NCBI RefSeq assembly: GCF_046119375.1 | Contig: NW_027362765.1 | Span: 428,110,001 to 428,174,000, forward strand | Source of the DNA: Phyllobates terribilis | Taxonomy: Eukaryota | Direction: 5' to 3' | DNA length: 64,000 nt | Shown: positions 1-11,824 of the stretch, piece after piece | How the letters are laid out: the number at the start of each line of letters is the position of its first letter | Position numbering within the stretch: the first letter of the stretch is position 1 | Program-made: the position numbers and the translations under genes | The notes under the pieces: model-generated | Seen by the model: the letters and a program-made list of their open reading frames with translations, nothing else | The model's database searches: none | What the model was told of the DNA's origin: nothing

Positions 1-629
1 TGGGCCTTTTGGCTGCATCTCTGTTCAGTCTTCTCCTTGTTCGAGATGAAAGTTTAGAGGGACGTCGGGGTCTTGGTAGATTTGCAGTGGTCTGATACTC
101 CTTCCATTTCAATATGATCGCTTGCACAGTGCTCCTTGAGATGTTTAAAACTTGGGAAATCTTTTTGTATCCAAATCCGGCTTTAAACTTCGCCACAACA
201 GTATCTCGGACCTGCCTGGTGTGTTCCTTGGTCTTCATGATGCTCTCTGCACTTGAAACAGAACCCTGAGACTATCACAGAGCAGGTGCATTTATACGGA
301 GACTTGATTACACACAGGTGGATTCTATTTATCATTACCAGTCATTTAGGAGAACATTGGATCATTCAGAGATCCTCACTGAACTTCTGGAGTGAGTTTG
401 CTGCACTGAAAGTTAAGGGGCCGAATAATATTGCACGCCCCACTTTTCAGTTTTTAATTTTTTTAAAAAGTTTAAAATATCCAATAAATTTCGTTCCACT
501 TCACGATTGTGTCCCACTTGTTGTTGATTCTTCCCCAAAAAATAGAATTTTATATCTTTATGTTTGAAGCCAGAAATGTGCCAAAAGGTAGAAAAGTTCA
601 AGGGGGACAAATACTTTCACAAGGCACTG
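1..629 (-). mobile_element. Tc1/mariner transposon, 5' end with N-terminal transposase (Passport-like), running off the window edge
   Basis: Minus-strand ATG at 238 gives MKTKEHTRQVRDTVVAKFKAGFGYKKISQVLNISRSTVQAIILKWKEYQTTANLPRPRRPSKLS, a paired-like HTH with a GRP-like motif. Terminus CAGTGCCTTGTGAAAGTATT (reverse complement, ends at 629), followed by TA at 630-631. Confidence 0.9.
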
Positions 630-859
630 TACATGTGAAAATAATAATCATTATTACCTGTTTGCTACAATTGATTACTTATACACCTGACTATATTTCT
701 AGAAAGTCCCTGACTTTGTACAAGTGAACCTAGAAAGATGTCTTTTCTTTATTCACTTTGCACTTTGTTAATTAATAAAAATAAACTATTAACACTTCTG
801 TATGTGAAAGCTTTCTTACTTTGCAACATTTTTTTCACACCTAAACATTTTGCACAGCA

Positions 860-862
<3 letters not shown>

Positions 863-904
<42 letters not shown>
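863..904. repeat. (TA)n microsatellite
   Basis: About 20 perfect TA units, read directly. Confidence 0.95.
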
Positions 905-907
<3 letters not shown>

Positions 908-1321
908 GGTGTTCTTTGTGCGGCCGTCTACATCAGGGGACCTCAAACTACGGCCCGTGGGCCACATGAGGCCCGCGGAGGATTTTTATCCGACCCGCCA
1001 GGCTGTGGGCGGAGGAGAGCGGTGTCAGCGCCCGCTCCCTCCCGCTTGCTCAGGGCCCCGGCAGCCGGATACTTACCTCTCCCCGTGCCTCTGTAGATCC
1101 GCTGTCTTCCTGCTGTGCGCTCCCTGTGACGTCTCAGGTCAGAGGGTGCGGTGACGTCTTTACACCGCGCCCTACCCGGAGCCATCACAGGCAGCGCAGA
1201 GCAGGATGAGGCCAGCGAAGATGGAGTCCGGACCTTAGCAGCTGCGGCAGGTGAGGAGGAGTGAGGTGAGTATTTGATTTATTTATTTTTTTAATGTATG
1301 GAGGCATGGGACATAATATTA

Positions 1322-2085
1322 GGGGTGACATCCTGCATGGGGCATTATAAAGACAGGGGAGTGATATCCTGCATGGGGGATTATATGGGGGGTGACATCC
1401 TGAATGGTACATTATAACGACAGGGGAGTCATATCCTGCATGGGGCATTATATGGGGGGTGACATCCTGCATGGGGCATTATAAAGACAGGGGAGTGATA
1501 TCATGCTTGGGGCATTATATGGGGGGTGACATGCTGCATGGGGCATTATATGGGGTGGTGACATGCTGCATGGGGCATTATATGGGGGGTGACAGGCTGC
1601 ATGGGGCATTATATGGGGGGGTGACATCCTGAATGGGGCATTGTAACGACAGGAGAGTGATATCCTGCATGGGGCATTATATGGGGGGGTGACATCCTGC
1701 ATGGGGCATTATAAAGACAGGGGAGTGATATCCTGCATGGGGCATTATATGGGGGGTGACATCCTGAATGGGGCATTATATGGGGGGGTGACATGCTGCA
1801 TGGGGCATTATTTGGGGGGTGACATCCAGCATGGGGCATTATATGGGGGGGGGGTGACATCCTGAATGGGGCATTATAAAGACAGGGGAGTGATATCTTG
1901 CATGGGGCATTATATGGTGGGAGAAAGGGACATCCTGCATGGGGCATTATATGGGGGGTGACATCCTGCATGGGGCATTATAAGGGGGAAACAGCCTGCA
2001 TGGGGCATTATAAGGGGGGAACAGCCTGCATGGGGCATTATAAGGGTGGAACAGCCTGCATAGGGCATTATAAGGGGGAAACAGC
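1322..2085. repeat. G-rich minisatellite (~31-37-bp units, CATCCTGCATGGGGCATTATATGGGGGGTGA variants)
   Basis: Tandem units visible directly, inside the hAT element. Confidence 0.9.
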
Positions 2086-2730
2086 CTGCCTATTGAGGAC
2101 CTATGCTGCCTATTGGGGACATTTACTTGCCCATTGAGGACCTATGCTGCCTATCGGGGACATTTACCTCCCCACTGAGGACCTATGCTGCCTATTGGGG
2201 ACATTTACCTGCCTATTGGGGACCTATGCTGCCTATTGGGGACATTTACCTGCCCATTAAGGACCTATGCTGCCTATTGGGGACATTTACCTGCCTATTG
2301 AGGACCTATGCTGCCTATTGGTGACATTTACCTGCCTATTGGGGACCTATGCTGCCTATTGGGGACATTTACCTGCCCATTAAGGACCTATGCTGCCTAT
2401 TGGGGACATTTACCTGCTTATTGGGGACCTATGCTGCCTATTGGGGACATTTACCTGCCCATTATGGACCTATGCTGCCTATTGGGGACATTTACCTGCC
2501 TATTGGGGACCTATGCTGCCTATTGGGGACCTATGCTGCCTATTGGAGACATTTAACTGCCTATTGAGGACCTATGCTGTCTATTGGGGACATTTCCCTG
2601 CCTTTTGGGGACCTATGCTGCCTATTGGGGACATTTACCTGCCTATTGGGGACCTATGCTGCCTATTGGGGATATTTACCTGCCTATTGGGGACCTATGT
2701 TGCCTATTGGGGACATTTACCTGCCTATTG
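2086..2730. repeat. Minisatellite, ~41-bp unit built from two ~20-bp subunits (TATTGGGGACCTATGCTGCC / TATTGGGGACATTTACCTGCC)
   Basis: Tandem units visible directly; the source of the MLPIGD ORF artefacts. Confidence 0.9.
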
Positions 2731-3325
2731 AAATACCGGTTGATTTAACTTTACTTGTTCTTCATTTTAAACATTGTATTTGTTCCTGTATTGTTTTTTT
2801 TACTTCAAAATAAGATATGTGCAGTGTGCATAGGAATTTGTTCATAGTTTTTTTTAAAAACTATATTCCGGCCCTCCAATGGTCTGAGGGACAGTGAACT
2901 GGCCCCCTATTTAAAAAGTTTGAGGACCCCTGGTCTACATCATCTGGGTGATCAGGGATCAGCTCTAGCGGCCATGTCACAATATATTCGACAAACACGG
3001 AAATTCATCTAGGAGAAGAATGATGTACAGCAGGTAAATGATCAGCCCATGAATCACACTGGTCACAGGATATGATTCTCCGGTTGGGAAGAGAGACTGT
3101 TCTGTCGCCGGCTCCTCCCAGGTGCAGACAGTTAATTTGCATAGCCAGCGACAAAGCTTTAAAAGTCTTTATTCTACAATCTGTTGGTGCATTTAGGATT
3201 ATAGTAACACGCTGGTGATGCCTGTCTCATGACGTATACCCTACTGGGGGCAGTTCAGAAGGCATAAACCACATGACATGTTTCCTTTAAATATCATTAC
3301 TCCATCTACTGCTACTTATTCAGAC

Positions 3326-4758
3326 GACATCACTGATGACATCAGCACAGCTGGCAGTACTGACCCTGTGCGACATCACTGATGACATCAGCACAGCTGG
3401 CAGTACTGACCCTGTGCAACATCACTGATGACATCAGCACAGCTGGCAGTACTGACCCTGTGCAACATCACTGATGACATCAGCACAGCTGGCAGTACTG
3501 ACCCTGTGCGACATCACTGATGACATCAGCACAGCTGGCAGTACTGACCCTGTGCGACATCACTGATGACATCAGCACAGCTGGCAGTACTGACACTGTG
3601 TAACATCACTGATGACATCAGCACAGCTAGCAGTACTGACCCTGTGCGACATCACTGATGACATCAGCACAGCTGGCAGTACTGACCCTGTGCGACATCA
3701 CTGATGACATCAGCACAGCTGGCAGTACTGACCCTGTGCGACATCACTGATGACATCAGCACAGCTGGCAGTACTGACCCTGTGTAACATCACTGATGAC
3801 ATCAGCACAGCTGGCAGTACTGACCCTGTGTAACATCACTGATGACATCAGCACAGCTGGCAGTACTGACCCTGTGTAACATCACTGATGACATCAGCAC
3901 AGCTGGCAGTACTGACACTGTGCGACATCACTGATGACATCAGCACAGCTGGCAGTACTGACCCTGTGCGACATCACTGATGACATCAGCACAGCTGGCA
4001 GTACTGACCCTGTGCGACATCACTGATGACATCAGCACAGCTGGCAGTACTGACCCTGTGTAACATCACTGATGACATCAGCACAGCTGGCAGTACTGAC
4101 CCTGTGTAACATCACTGATGATATCAGCACAGCTGGCAGTTTTGACCCTGTGTAACATCACTGATGACATCAGCACAGCTGGCAGTACTGACCCTGTGCG
4201 ACATCACTGATGACATCAGCACAGCTGGCAGTACTGACCCTGTGTAACATCACTGATGACATCAGCACAGCTGGCAGTACTGACCCTGTGTAACATCACT
4301 GATGATATCAGCACAGCTGGCAGTTTTGACCCTGTGTGACATCACTGATGACATCAGCGCAGCTGGCAGTACTGACCCTGTGTGACATCACTGATGACAT
4401 CAGCACAGCTGGCAGTACTGACCCTGTGTAACATCACTGATGACATCAGCACAGCTGGCAGTACTGACCCTGTGTAACATCACTGATGACATCAGCACAG
4501 CTGGCAGTACTGACGCTGTGTGACATCACTGATGACATCAGCACAGCTGGCAGTACTGACCCTGTGGAACATCACTGATGACATCAGCACAGCTGGCAGT
4601 ACTGACCCTGTGCGACATCACTGATGACATCAGCGCAGCTGGCAGTACTGACCCTGTGCGACATCACTGATGACATCAGCACAGCTGGCAGTACTGACCC
4701 TGTGCGACATCACTGATGACATCAGCGCAGCTGGCAGTTCTGACCCTGTGTGACATCA
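3326..4758. repeat. 46-bp tandem array, about 31 near-identical copies
   Basis: Unit GACATCACTGATGACATCAGCACAGCTGGCAGTACTGACCCTGTGC. Successive starts at 3326 and 3372 give a period of 46. Confidence 0.95.
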
Positions 4759-6221
4759 CAATGCAGCCCTCAGTGATCTATGCGTTGGAGGACACTGGAG
4801 TCTTTTGAGGGTTTGATGTTGGAGAAAATGGATTTGCGGAGCATTGCTGTAGTGCTGTTCACAATTGTTTTCTATTGTGTAGAAGGGAGACCTGTTGAAA
4901 CACCAGAGGGTAAGAAACATTGATAAATAAGGATTATATATTGTATTTTTTTCTATATGTTGATGGGTATTGGTTATAAAATAGTTGTGTGTGATATTGC
5001 ATTTTATCGCCATTCTCTTGAAAGTCATAGAACTGCAATACCGGACACGGGTCATGGGCAGAAGTGGTGCTGTGGTGTGAAAAAACTAGCCATTATTCTA
5101 TAATTTAAGAATTCCCTTTTATAGAATAAAATGGGAATGTCTGAAGCCACCACTAGAGGGAGCTCACTGAATGCTGACTTCTATTGAGTTGAGTGTATAC
5201 TTGTGTGTAGTAGTTCCCATATTCTCTAGTGGTGGCAGACAGAATTGTGTCATTTACCTCTATGGCTATGCAGCCATTGTGAGCTCCGTATGAGAAAACT
5301 CAGCTCTGACCATTATAAAGAAGTATGAGGATATTAATCAGTGAGACATTTTGAACATATTTACATCCTGAATCTTATTTATGGGAGAACATTTACTGTC
5401 AGCTGATGATACAATGTATTTAATGTCTCTACGGCTTTTCATAGAGGTAAATGGAGGTAGAATCCACTGTACATATGATATTCCCATATAGTGGCCATCA
5501 GTCCGGTCGTGTCTCTGATGACATCAGCAGCGTTCAGCAGCCCTGCCCCCACACTATAGCATTCTGACACTGTGTGACATCACAGCGCTGGGCCCAGTGC
5601 TCTATGTGTTGGGTCTTTTGAGGGTTAATTTTGTACCATATAAAAATGGAGAAAATTGTTCTATATGTTTGTTAATTTGCTCATGTTTAGTTAAGAAAGT
5701 TCTAATGATATAAGCAGGTAATGGACATTATCACTGGGGACTGTGTTTGTAGGGTTCGGTTATAAGGAGTCTTCTGTCCCCTTCATGTTACAGTATTGGG
5801 GTCACTTGCTGCTATCATGGGGTTCATGTCTTCATTTTCCTTCTTTCTCTTATGGACAGTGGTTTCCCAGAGATCATGGGCTGTGATATTCCCCAGCTTG
5901 AACTTGAGGATCAGCGACGATAATAACAGTGAGTAGTCAATTCCTTCATCTCCTGATTCTACTCCCATCATCCTATACCAAGTCCTGCCTGCACTTATAT
6001 ATATAATGTGACGCCCCTGATCCTGACAATGTCTTCTAGAATATTCCGCCTGGGATAGGAATTAATAACCGGCATCTTGTTTCTTTATTCCCAGTCATTG
6101 GTCGCTATGTCCAGCCCGTGTGTCTGATGATAATGTTTACGTTCTTGGTCGGGATCTGGATCTGTTGGTGAGTTTCCATCTTCTCCTCTACATATCACAT
6201 TATTTGTTTCCCATATAAATA

Positions 6222-6568
6222 GGCAGTATGGTGGCTCAGTGGTTAGCACTGTAGTCTTGCAGCACTGGGTCCTGGGTTCAAATCCCACCAAGGACAACAT
6301 CTGCAAGGAGTTTGTATATCCTCCATGATTGCGTGGGTTTCCTCCGGGTTCTCCGGTTTCCTCCCACACTATAAAATCATACTGATAGGGAGTTTAGAAT
6401 GTGAGCCACAACAATGTGGGTTTCTCTGGGTAGTCCGAGTTTCCTCTTACACTTCAAAGACATAGTGAATCTAGATTGTGAGCCCCAGTGGGCACAGAGC
6501 CAATGATGTCTGTAAAGAGCTGTGGAATTAATGGTGCTATATAAGTAAGGAAAATAAATAAATAAAAA
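6222..6568 (+). mobile_element. tRNA-derived SINE (V-SINE-like)
   Basis: Pol III A box TGGCTCAGTGG and B box GGTTCAAATCC. V-SINE-like core GCGTGGGTTTCCTCCGGGTTCTCCGGTTTCCTCCCAC. A-rich tail. Paralogue at 12040. Confidence 0.8.
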
Positions 6569-6820
6569 ATACCTACAGGGGGCGCAGTAACTACAGCAGC
6601 CGGGCAATACTACAGGACTGTGTGGACTGTGATATAATCAGTAGCTGCCGTTCTCCTGGTCCTGGTGCTGTATTATGATGTAATATATACTAGGACTGGT
6701 ATACGCTGTACCTTTATATCTCACCCTCTGTAGTGGGGGAGGGGCAGGGGCATATTCTTGTGGATAACTGAATATTATCTTATGTACTAGTTTATATTAA
6801 TACATTTCTCTGTGTCACAG

Positions 6821-6900
6821 TTACCTGTATGGCGTCCGGAGACATCGGGGCATACTGGAGGAGTCAGACCTGACCGAAGTTGCTGTGGTCCTGGAGCCAG
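6821..6900 (+). CDS. Putative upstream exon of the GCNA-like gene (..ILEESDLTEVAVVLEP)
   Basis: Polypyrimidine tract + CAG acceptor at 6820, GTAACT donor at 6901. Its phase-1 end fits the next exon. The ATG at 6829 is out of frame with the spliced frame. Confidence 0.45.
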
Positions 6901-7244
6901 GTAACTATTAATATAAAACCCAGGTACAAGCAAAGCCTATGTCACCCGGGCTCTTCAATGCTAACACAGTAATGTCCAAGTGATCTCAACCTATCTGGAT
7001 AGGGAAAAATGAATGGCGACCATCTCACAATCCAAGAGGAACACTGTCTGTGACACAAACTTTAGTTTAGGGATTTTTGTTTAGTAGCAAAATTAGAACA
7101 GAGGGGTATTCAACTGCCCTCCTTGTCTCAGTGCGTGAGGAAGAAAAAGAGTGCTGCTATTAAGGTGCTGTTACCACCCGTGTGCACAGCGCTGTCCCAG
7201 CTCTGACCCTGCGCTGTCTCCCCTGTACAAGAAGTCACAAGATT

Positions 7245-8130
7245 GTCCCCATCTTGGCTGCCATCCTGTAATAACGTCCTCCATCCTGGAACCTATTCTG
7301 TAAGGATGTCTATCATCCTGCCCCATCCTGTAATAACGTCCTCCATCCTGGAACCTATTCTGTAATAATGTCTATCATCCTGCCCCGTCCTGTAATATTG
7401 TCCCCCTTCTTGGCCCTTATCCTGAAATAATGTCTATCGTCCTGCCCCATCCTGTAATATTGTCTCCCTTCCTGGCCCCTATCCTGTAATAATGTCTATC
7501 GTCCTGCCCCATCCTGTAATATTGTCTCCCTTCCTGGCCCCTATCCTGTAATAATGTCTATCGTCCTGCCCCATCCTGTAATATTGTCTCCCTTCCTGGC
7601 CCCTATCCTGTAGTAATGTCTATCGTCCTGCCCCATCCTGTAATATTGTCTCCCTTCCTGGCCCCTATCCTGTAATAATGTCTATCGTCCTGCCCCATCC
7701 TGTAATATTGTCTCCCTTCCTGGCCCCTATCCTGTAGTAATGTCTATCGTCCTGCCCCATCCTGTAATATTGTCTCCCTTCCTGGCCCCTATCCTGTAAT
7801 AATGTCTATCGTCCTGCCCCATCCTGTAATATTGTCTCCCTTCTTGGCCCTTATCCTGTAATAATGTCTATCGTCCGGCCTCCTCATCCTGCAATATTGT
7901 CCCCCTTCTTGGCCCCTATCCTGTAGCAATGTCTATTGTCTTGGCCCCATCCTATAGTAATGTCCCCCGTCCTGGCTTCTTCCTGTAATGTCCCATGTAC
8001 TCTCACCCATTATATAATTAAGTCCCCTGTCCTGTAATAATGTTCTCCGTCTGGGCCCCTGTGCTGATAATGTCCCTAATCCTGGCCCCTTCCAGTATTA
8101 ATGTCCCCTATTCTGGCCCCTTCGTGTACC
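7245..8130. repeat. Intronic minisatellite, 62-bp dimeric unit (2 x ~31 bp) with degenerate flanks
   Basis: CCTGCCCCATCCTGTAATATTGTCTCCC recurs at 7441 and 7503. Probably the interior of an unresolved non-autonomous DNA element. Confidence 0.85.
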
Positions 8131-8764
8131 CTATCCTGGGGTTCTTTTCCAGCACATTAAAAAAATGAAACAAAGTATTATTCTTACCTCCTCCCGCTCC
8201 GACAGCCAGCAGTGTCTCTTTCTGCTCTGTCGCTAGCACTGTCTCATAGCAAATGACCTCATGTGCCATCCGCGATGGGCATGCCTCTGATTGCCCGGCG
8301 GCCTGTATAGATGTTGTGGTGTAGGGAGCAGGCGGCTCTCTGTGCCACAATACTTTTCAGCTGAATGTGCGTACTCAGACACACATATAGCTAAAAAAGA
8401 TGGTGCGTCGGCGGGCTCCCTGACTCCACAGGTCTGCTCATGGTCACACCTTCTACAACTGTGTTTTTACTCCCCTGATAGTGAATTAATACTCAAAATG
8501 TATTTTCAACATTTGGTTAGGAATATTCATGATGTCCTTCTCAATTCAGATACAAATGTGATTTATGAATTTCTTCTCATGTTGAATCACATTGACTAAA
8601 GTTGGCCTCAGTGCAGTTTACTGTAGCAGAATGGGATCATTTTTCCCATGTACATATAGGGATGTACTGAATACTTTATTAGCATTTGTTTCTTTGATGT
8701 TGAGCCTCAATCATTGCTATTGCAATATTCTAAAAAGAGATTTATGTTTTTTTTGCTCCCGCAG

Positions 8765-8810
8765 ATCTGAAAATACCAACTTCAGATAATGATTTGGACA
8801 ATACCACCAG
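8765..8810 (+). CDS. GCNA-like micro-exon, 46 bp (DLKIPTSDNDLDNTTS)
   Basis: Poly-T + GCAG acceptor, GTAGGA donor, phase 1 to 2. Confidence 0.6.
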
Positions 8811-8898
8811 GTAGGACATCCATCTTCTCCATTACTAGAGACTTTATGGGGATTAATGATTAGTGGTGGGCTCACATTTTGTTACATTTATTTCACAG

Positions 8899-8966
8899 CT
8901 CCAATGACGACATCACTATTAGTGATAATGGGACTTCTAATAGTGGAGAAACTTCCACAGATAAAA
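8899..8966 (+). CDS. GCNA-like micro-exon, 68 bp (SNDDITISDNGTSNSGETSTDK)
   Basis: TTTCACAG acceptor, GTAAGT donor, phase 2 to 1. Confidence 0.7.
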
Positions 8967-9661
8967 GTAAGTAATAATTTCAAGATGAAATTCAGGTTTA
9001 TGTTATTGTAGAAAGAACAATTCTTAGTTTTTTGTGGTGGACACTTCCATACTGGCAAAACAACTGACCGCCATGTTGACTTATGGCCACCGTTGTCTTT
9101 ACAGAATTTCTTACATCAATGCAATAAATTTGCGTGGGTTTTGCTGTAAGTCCCATACACATCGATAGCGTCCTATAAAAGTGCTCCCACATCTCCATTA
9201 AAACCCATGGACACTACCATGACACATCAATTAAGGTCACGGGATGTCTATTTTCATGTTAAATGGAGGCCCCACTGGACAGACCTTTCCTTTTGATCTG
9301 CCATAAATAACTAATATGACAGTATTATCTGTGCAGAAGATATTAAGTGACTTAACTTTTCATAACTTGTTGGAAATCATCTAATCTCAGCATCCATTTA
9401 TTTCCTGACAACCCTTGTTAGAATGGTTGAGATTGTTGAGGGTCCACACTCCGGTCCTAATGTTGGATCCTGTGGATCTCTGGTAGTCTGGTCAGTGATG
9501 TATTCTGCTCTGGTTTGAACCTACATTTGTAGTCTTATTGGCTTTCCAGACTCCAGACTGTCTAGTATGGACCTGTATACTGACATACTTTATCAGCAAA
9601 ATCATCAGTTTTGAGCCTAAAACTTTGAAAAATCTTTTCACTCTTCCATATTTCTGTACAG

Positions 9662-9707
9662 ATAATGAACCATCTGATAATCAGGAGAGCCCTGGCACAG
9701 AGGAGAG
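9662..9707 (+). CDS. GCNA-like micro-exon, 46 bp (NNEPSDNQESPGTEER)
   Basis: TTTCTGTACAG acceptor, GTGAGT donor, phase 1 to 2. Confidence 0.75.
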
Positions 9708-9802
9708 GTGAGTTATGTTGTATATAAATATCTCTATATAAACCATGAACTAGGTAAGAAATGTTTCCTGTGAATTTATAGATGATTCCTTATTTTTCCC
9801 AG

Positions 9803-9947
9803 AATGCCAATGTGCAAAATCCCTGGTTGTTTCCTGGAAGACATCATATTACCAAGTTCCATCTACGTGACAAACTTCCAGGAGAATAAAGAGGAGCTAG
9901 TGAAACGACTGTATCGGCTGTATAATGAAACCGTCTTCGGGAATCTG
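9803..9947 (+). CDS. GCNA-like exon (MPMCKIPGCFLEDI...YNETVFGNL)
   Basis: TTTTTCCCAG acceptor, GT donor at 9948. Contains the CxIPGCFL motif of GCNA. Confidence 0.85.
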
Positions 9948-10376
9948 GTATACCATCATCAGTATCTGGGTTATACATGAAAACAAGAAAAGCGGCTTTA
10001 GCTTTCTGGAGGGCACCCTAACACCTTTGTTACTGTTCTGTAATTTAGTTATTGAGAATCTCAGGAAAACCCTCTTCTTATCTATGGAATGAGTGGAGAC
10101 CATACAGGAGATCCACCATACATAGACATAGAGAATCTCACATTTTATCTTGATGTTCAAAGGATTTTTACACTTGTATATAAATCCATCTAGTTGACAT
10201 TTGAACATTTTATATTGAGTTTATTTTTGTTTTTGCTCTCACAATTTGGACTTCTCACAATACCCCATGTCCAATATAAGGATACCAGTAAAGTAAATTA
10301 CATATGAGGGTGGGAAGTTTGTTAGATTGGGAGCTAAGAGTTTACAGATTTAATGGGAATTGTTTCCTCTTTTTAG

Positions 10377-10506
10377 CTTCCTGACGAAATGAAAATTGAG
10401 TGGAATAACAAGTTGACCACAACATCTGGTCAAACCTATAGCCTGGGGAACAACAACGATAGTTATTGCATTATAGAACTTTCCGATAAAGTCTTGAATT
10501 CTGCCG
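10377..10506 (+). CDS. GCNA-like exon, SprT N-terminal part (LPDEMKIEWNNKLTTTSG...VLNSA)
   Basis: TTTTTAG acceptor, GTAGGT donor. The I.WN.K...AG-type SprT motif is present. Confidence 0.88.
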
Positions 10507-10611
10507 GTAGGTTTCACATCACTTCCACCAGCTTCATCAGATAATGTGTATACATGGTAAAAAGCTGCTACTTGGTTGTAATACATCTTATATAGTCATT
10601 GTACATTCAAT

Positions 10612-10830
10612 CATGAGAAGAACTAAGTACACCCTCTTTGAATTCTATGGATTTACATATCAGGACAAAATAAAAAAGCATTTGGTCCTTAGAACGTCTT
10701 AAAATTAGGTAAATACAACCTCAGAAAACAACACCTCCTGATCAATAACTCTGACATTATGTATTTGACAAAAATTCAGCCAACATAGAAAAGCAGTGTG
10801 TGAAAAATGAAGTACGCCTTATCTGATTTA
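10612..10830. mobile_element. Degenerate Tc1-like terminal fragment
   Basis: The AACTAAGTACACCCT ... GAAAATGAAGTACGCCTT direct-repeat style resembles IR/DR-type Tc1 ends (recall only). Confidence 0.35.
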
Positions 10831-10880
10831 AAAGGAATTAACAGGGGAAGTGTCTGCCATAGCTGCTAATAATATGGACC

Positions 10881-11270
10881 TAAAGAGAACCTGTCAGGTC
10901 CGATAATGCTATTAGCCTGCAGATATAGGGTTATTGTGTAGGGTAATAGTGTTACAAGGGAGCCCGGCCGCAGTACTGAATGTACAGCACCCGGGAGAAA
11001 ATGAACTTTACTTCATCCGGGAGCTGCCGGCTTTCAGTGATGCAGGTGTGCCCGGAGCAATTACAGTCACCGGTGAGCACACCCCGGCACTGACTGATAG
11101 CCAGCTCGACAGTGCGCAGTTCAGTGTGCCTCTCAGTCAGAGTGTTTTTACAGCCACCGATTTCAGTGCCCTAAGTGGCAACTGTATTGCTCCAGGGTTG
11201 CCTGTATTTCCCTTCTTTGAAGATCTTCTAATAATCAGATATTTTCTTATTATGTCCTGATATGTAAAGC
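10881..11270. mobile_element. T2/Kolobok-type MITE fragment
   Basis: Starts TAAAGAGAACCTGTCA, resembling anuran T2-MITE termini. The other end was not found. Confidence 0.4.
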
Positions 11271-11332
11271 AAAAAAATTCAAACCAGGTGTACTTAGTTA
11301 ATCTCATGCCTAATAAATTATTTTCTTTTCAG

Positions 11333-11535
11333 AACGATTACGATCCACACTTGCACACGAGATGTGCCATGCTGCCTGCTGGTTAATCGAGGATGTAATG
11401 GACAAGCATGGTCCGTTATGGCAGGCTTATGCAAAAAGGGTCAATTCTATCCATCCTGAGCTGCCAGAGGTGAAGAAATATCACAATTATACTTTATGAT
11501 ATAACTTCTACTGTCGATGTACTTTGTGATAACAG
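11333..11535 (+). CDS. GCNA-like exon with the HExxH active site (HEMCH, 11356-11370); premature stop
   Basis: TTTTCAG acceptor, GTAAGT donor. TGA at 11497; TGA-TAA at 11527-11532. Confidence 0.88.
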
Positions 11536-11824
11536 GTAAGTAAATTTGATGACTCTATACCTCATGAAACGCAATCACTGTGGAATGACACCGGTGCGGC
11601 TCTGTTGGTATTATGCTTTTATATTTTATTTCTATCAGAGTAGACTGACATCTGGAAGCTTTAGGGTTAAGGATGCTACATTATATTATATATATTATAT
11701 ATATTTTGTTGTCTACAGACAGTTCTTCATATATTTTTTTACAATTTGTTCCTTTTGATACAATCCATGGTACTAACCAACATTCATGCCAGTCTGTTAA
11801 CCAATATTCCTTCTATCTTTCTAG

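Larger units (their letters stand above)
934..2932. mobile_element. Non-autonomous hAT (Charlie/OC1-like ends) inflated by internal minisatellites
   Basis: TIRs CAGGGGACCTCAAACT and AGTTTGAGGACCCCTG (15/16 match). Perfect 8-bp TSD GTCTACAT at 926-933 and 2933-2940. Confidence 0.92.

Noticed and set aside
1186-1270. First exon of the GCNA-like gene inside the OC1-like element (GTGAGG/GTGAGT donor-like sites)
   Set aside because: Such donor-like strings are common in anuran MITE interiors; there is no transcript evidence.
1185-2813. Many overlapping ORFs (MQDVTP.., MLPIGD..)
   Set aside because: Translations of tandem repeats; no domain, splice or codon support.
3326-4758. CRISPR-like regular array with palindromic units
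   Set aside because: Units are contiguous with no unique spacers, there are no cas genes, and the context is eukaryotic. It is a minisatellite.
5140-5240. Hairpin CCACCACTAGAG / CTCTAGTGGTGG as an ncRNA
   Set aside because: Resembles a common short anuran MITE-like palindrome; no further support.
6222-6300. tRNA gene
   Set aside because: A and B boxes are present but there is no cloverleaf or anticodon arm. It continues into a SINE core and tail and has a second copy.
11497-11532. Selenocysteine or read-through at the two in-frame TGAs of the GCNA-like exon
   Set aside because: The second TGA is followed by TAA, the exon phase does not fit the next exon, and no SECIS was recognised.
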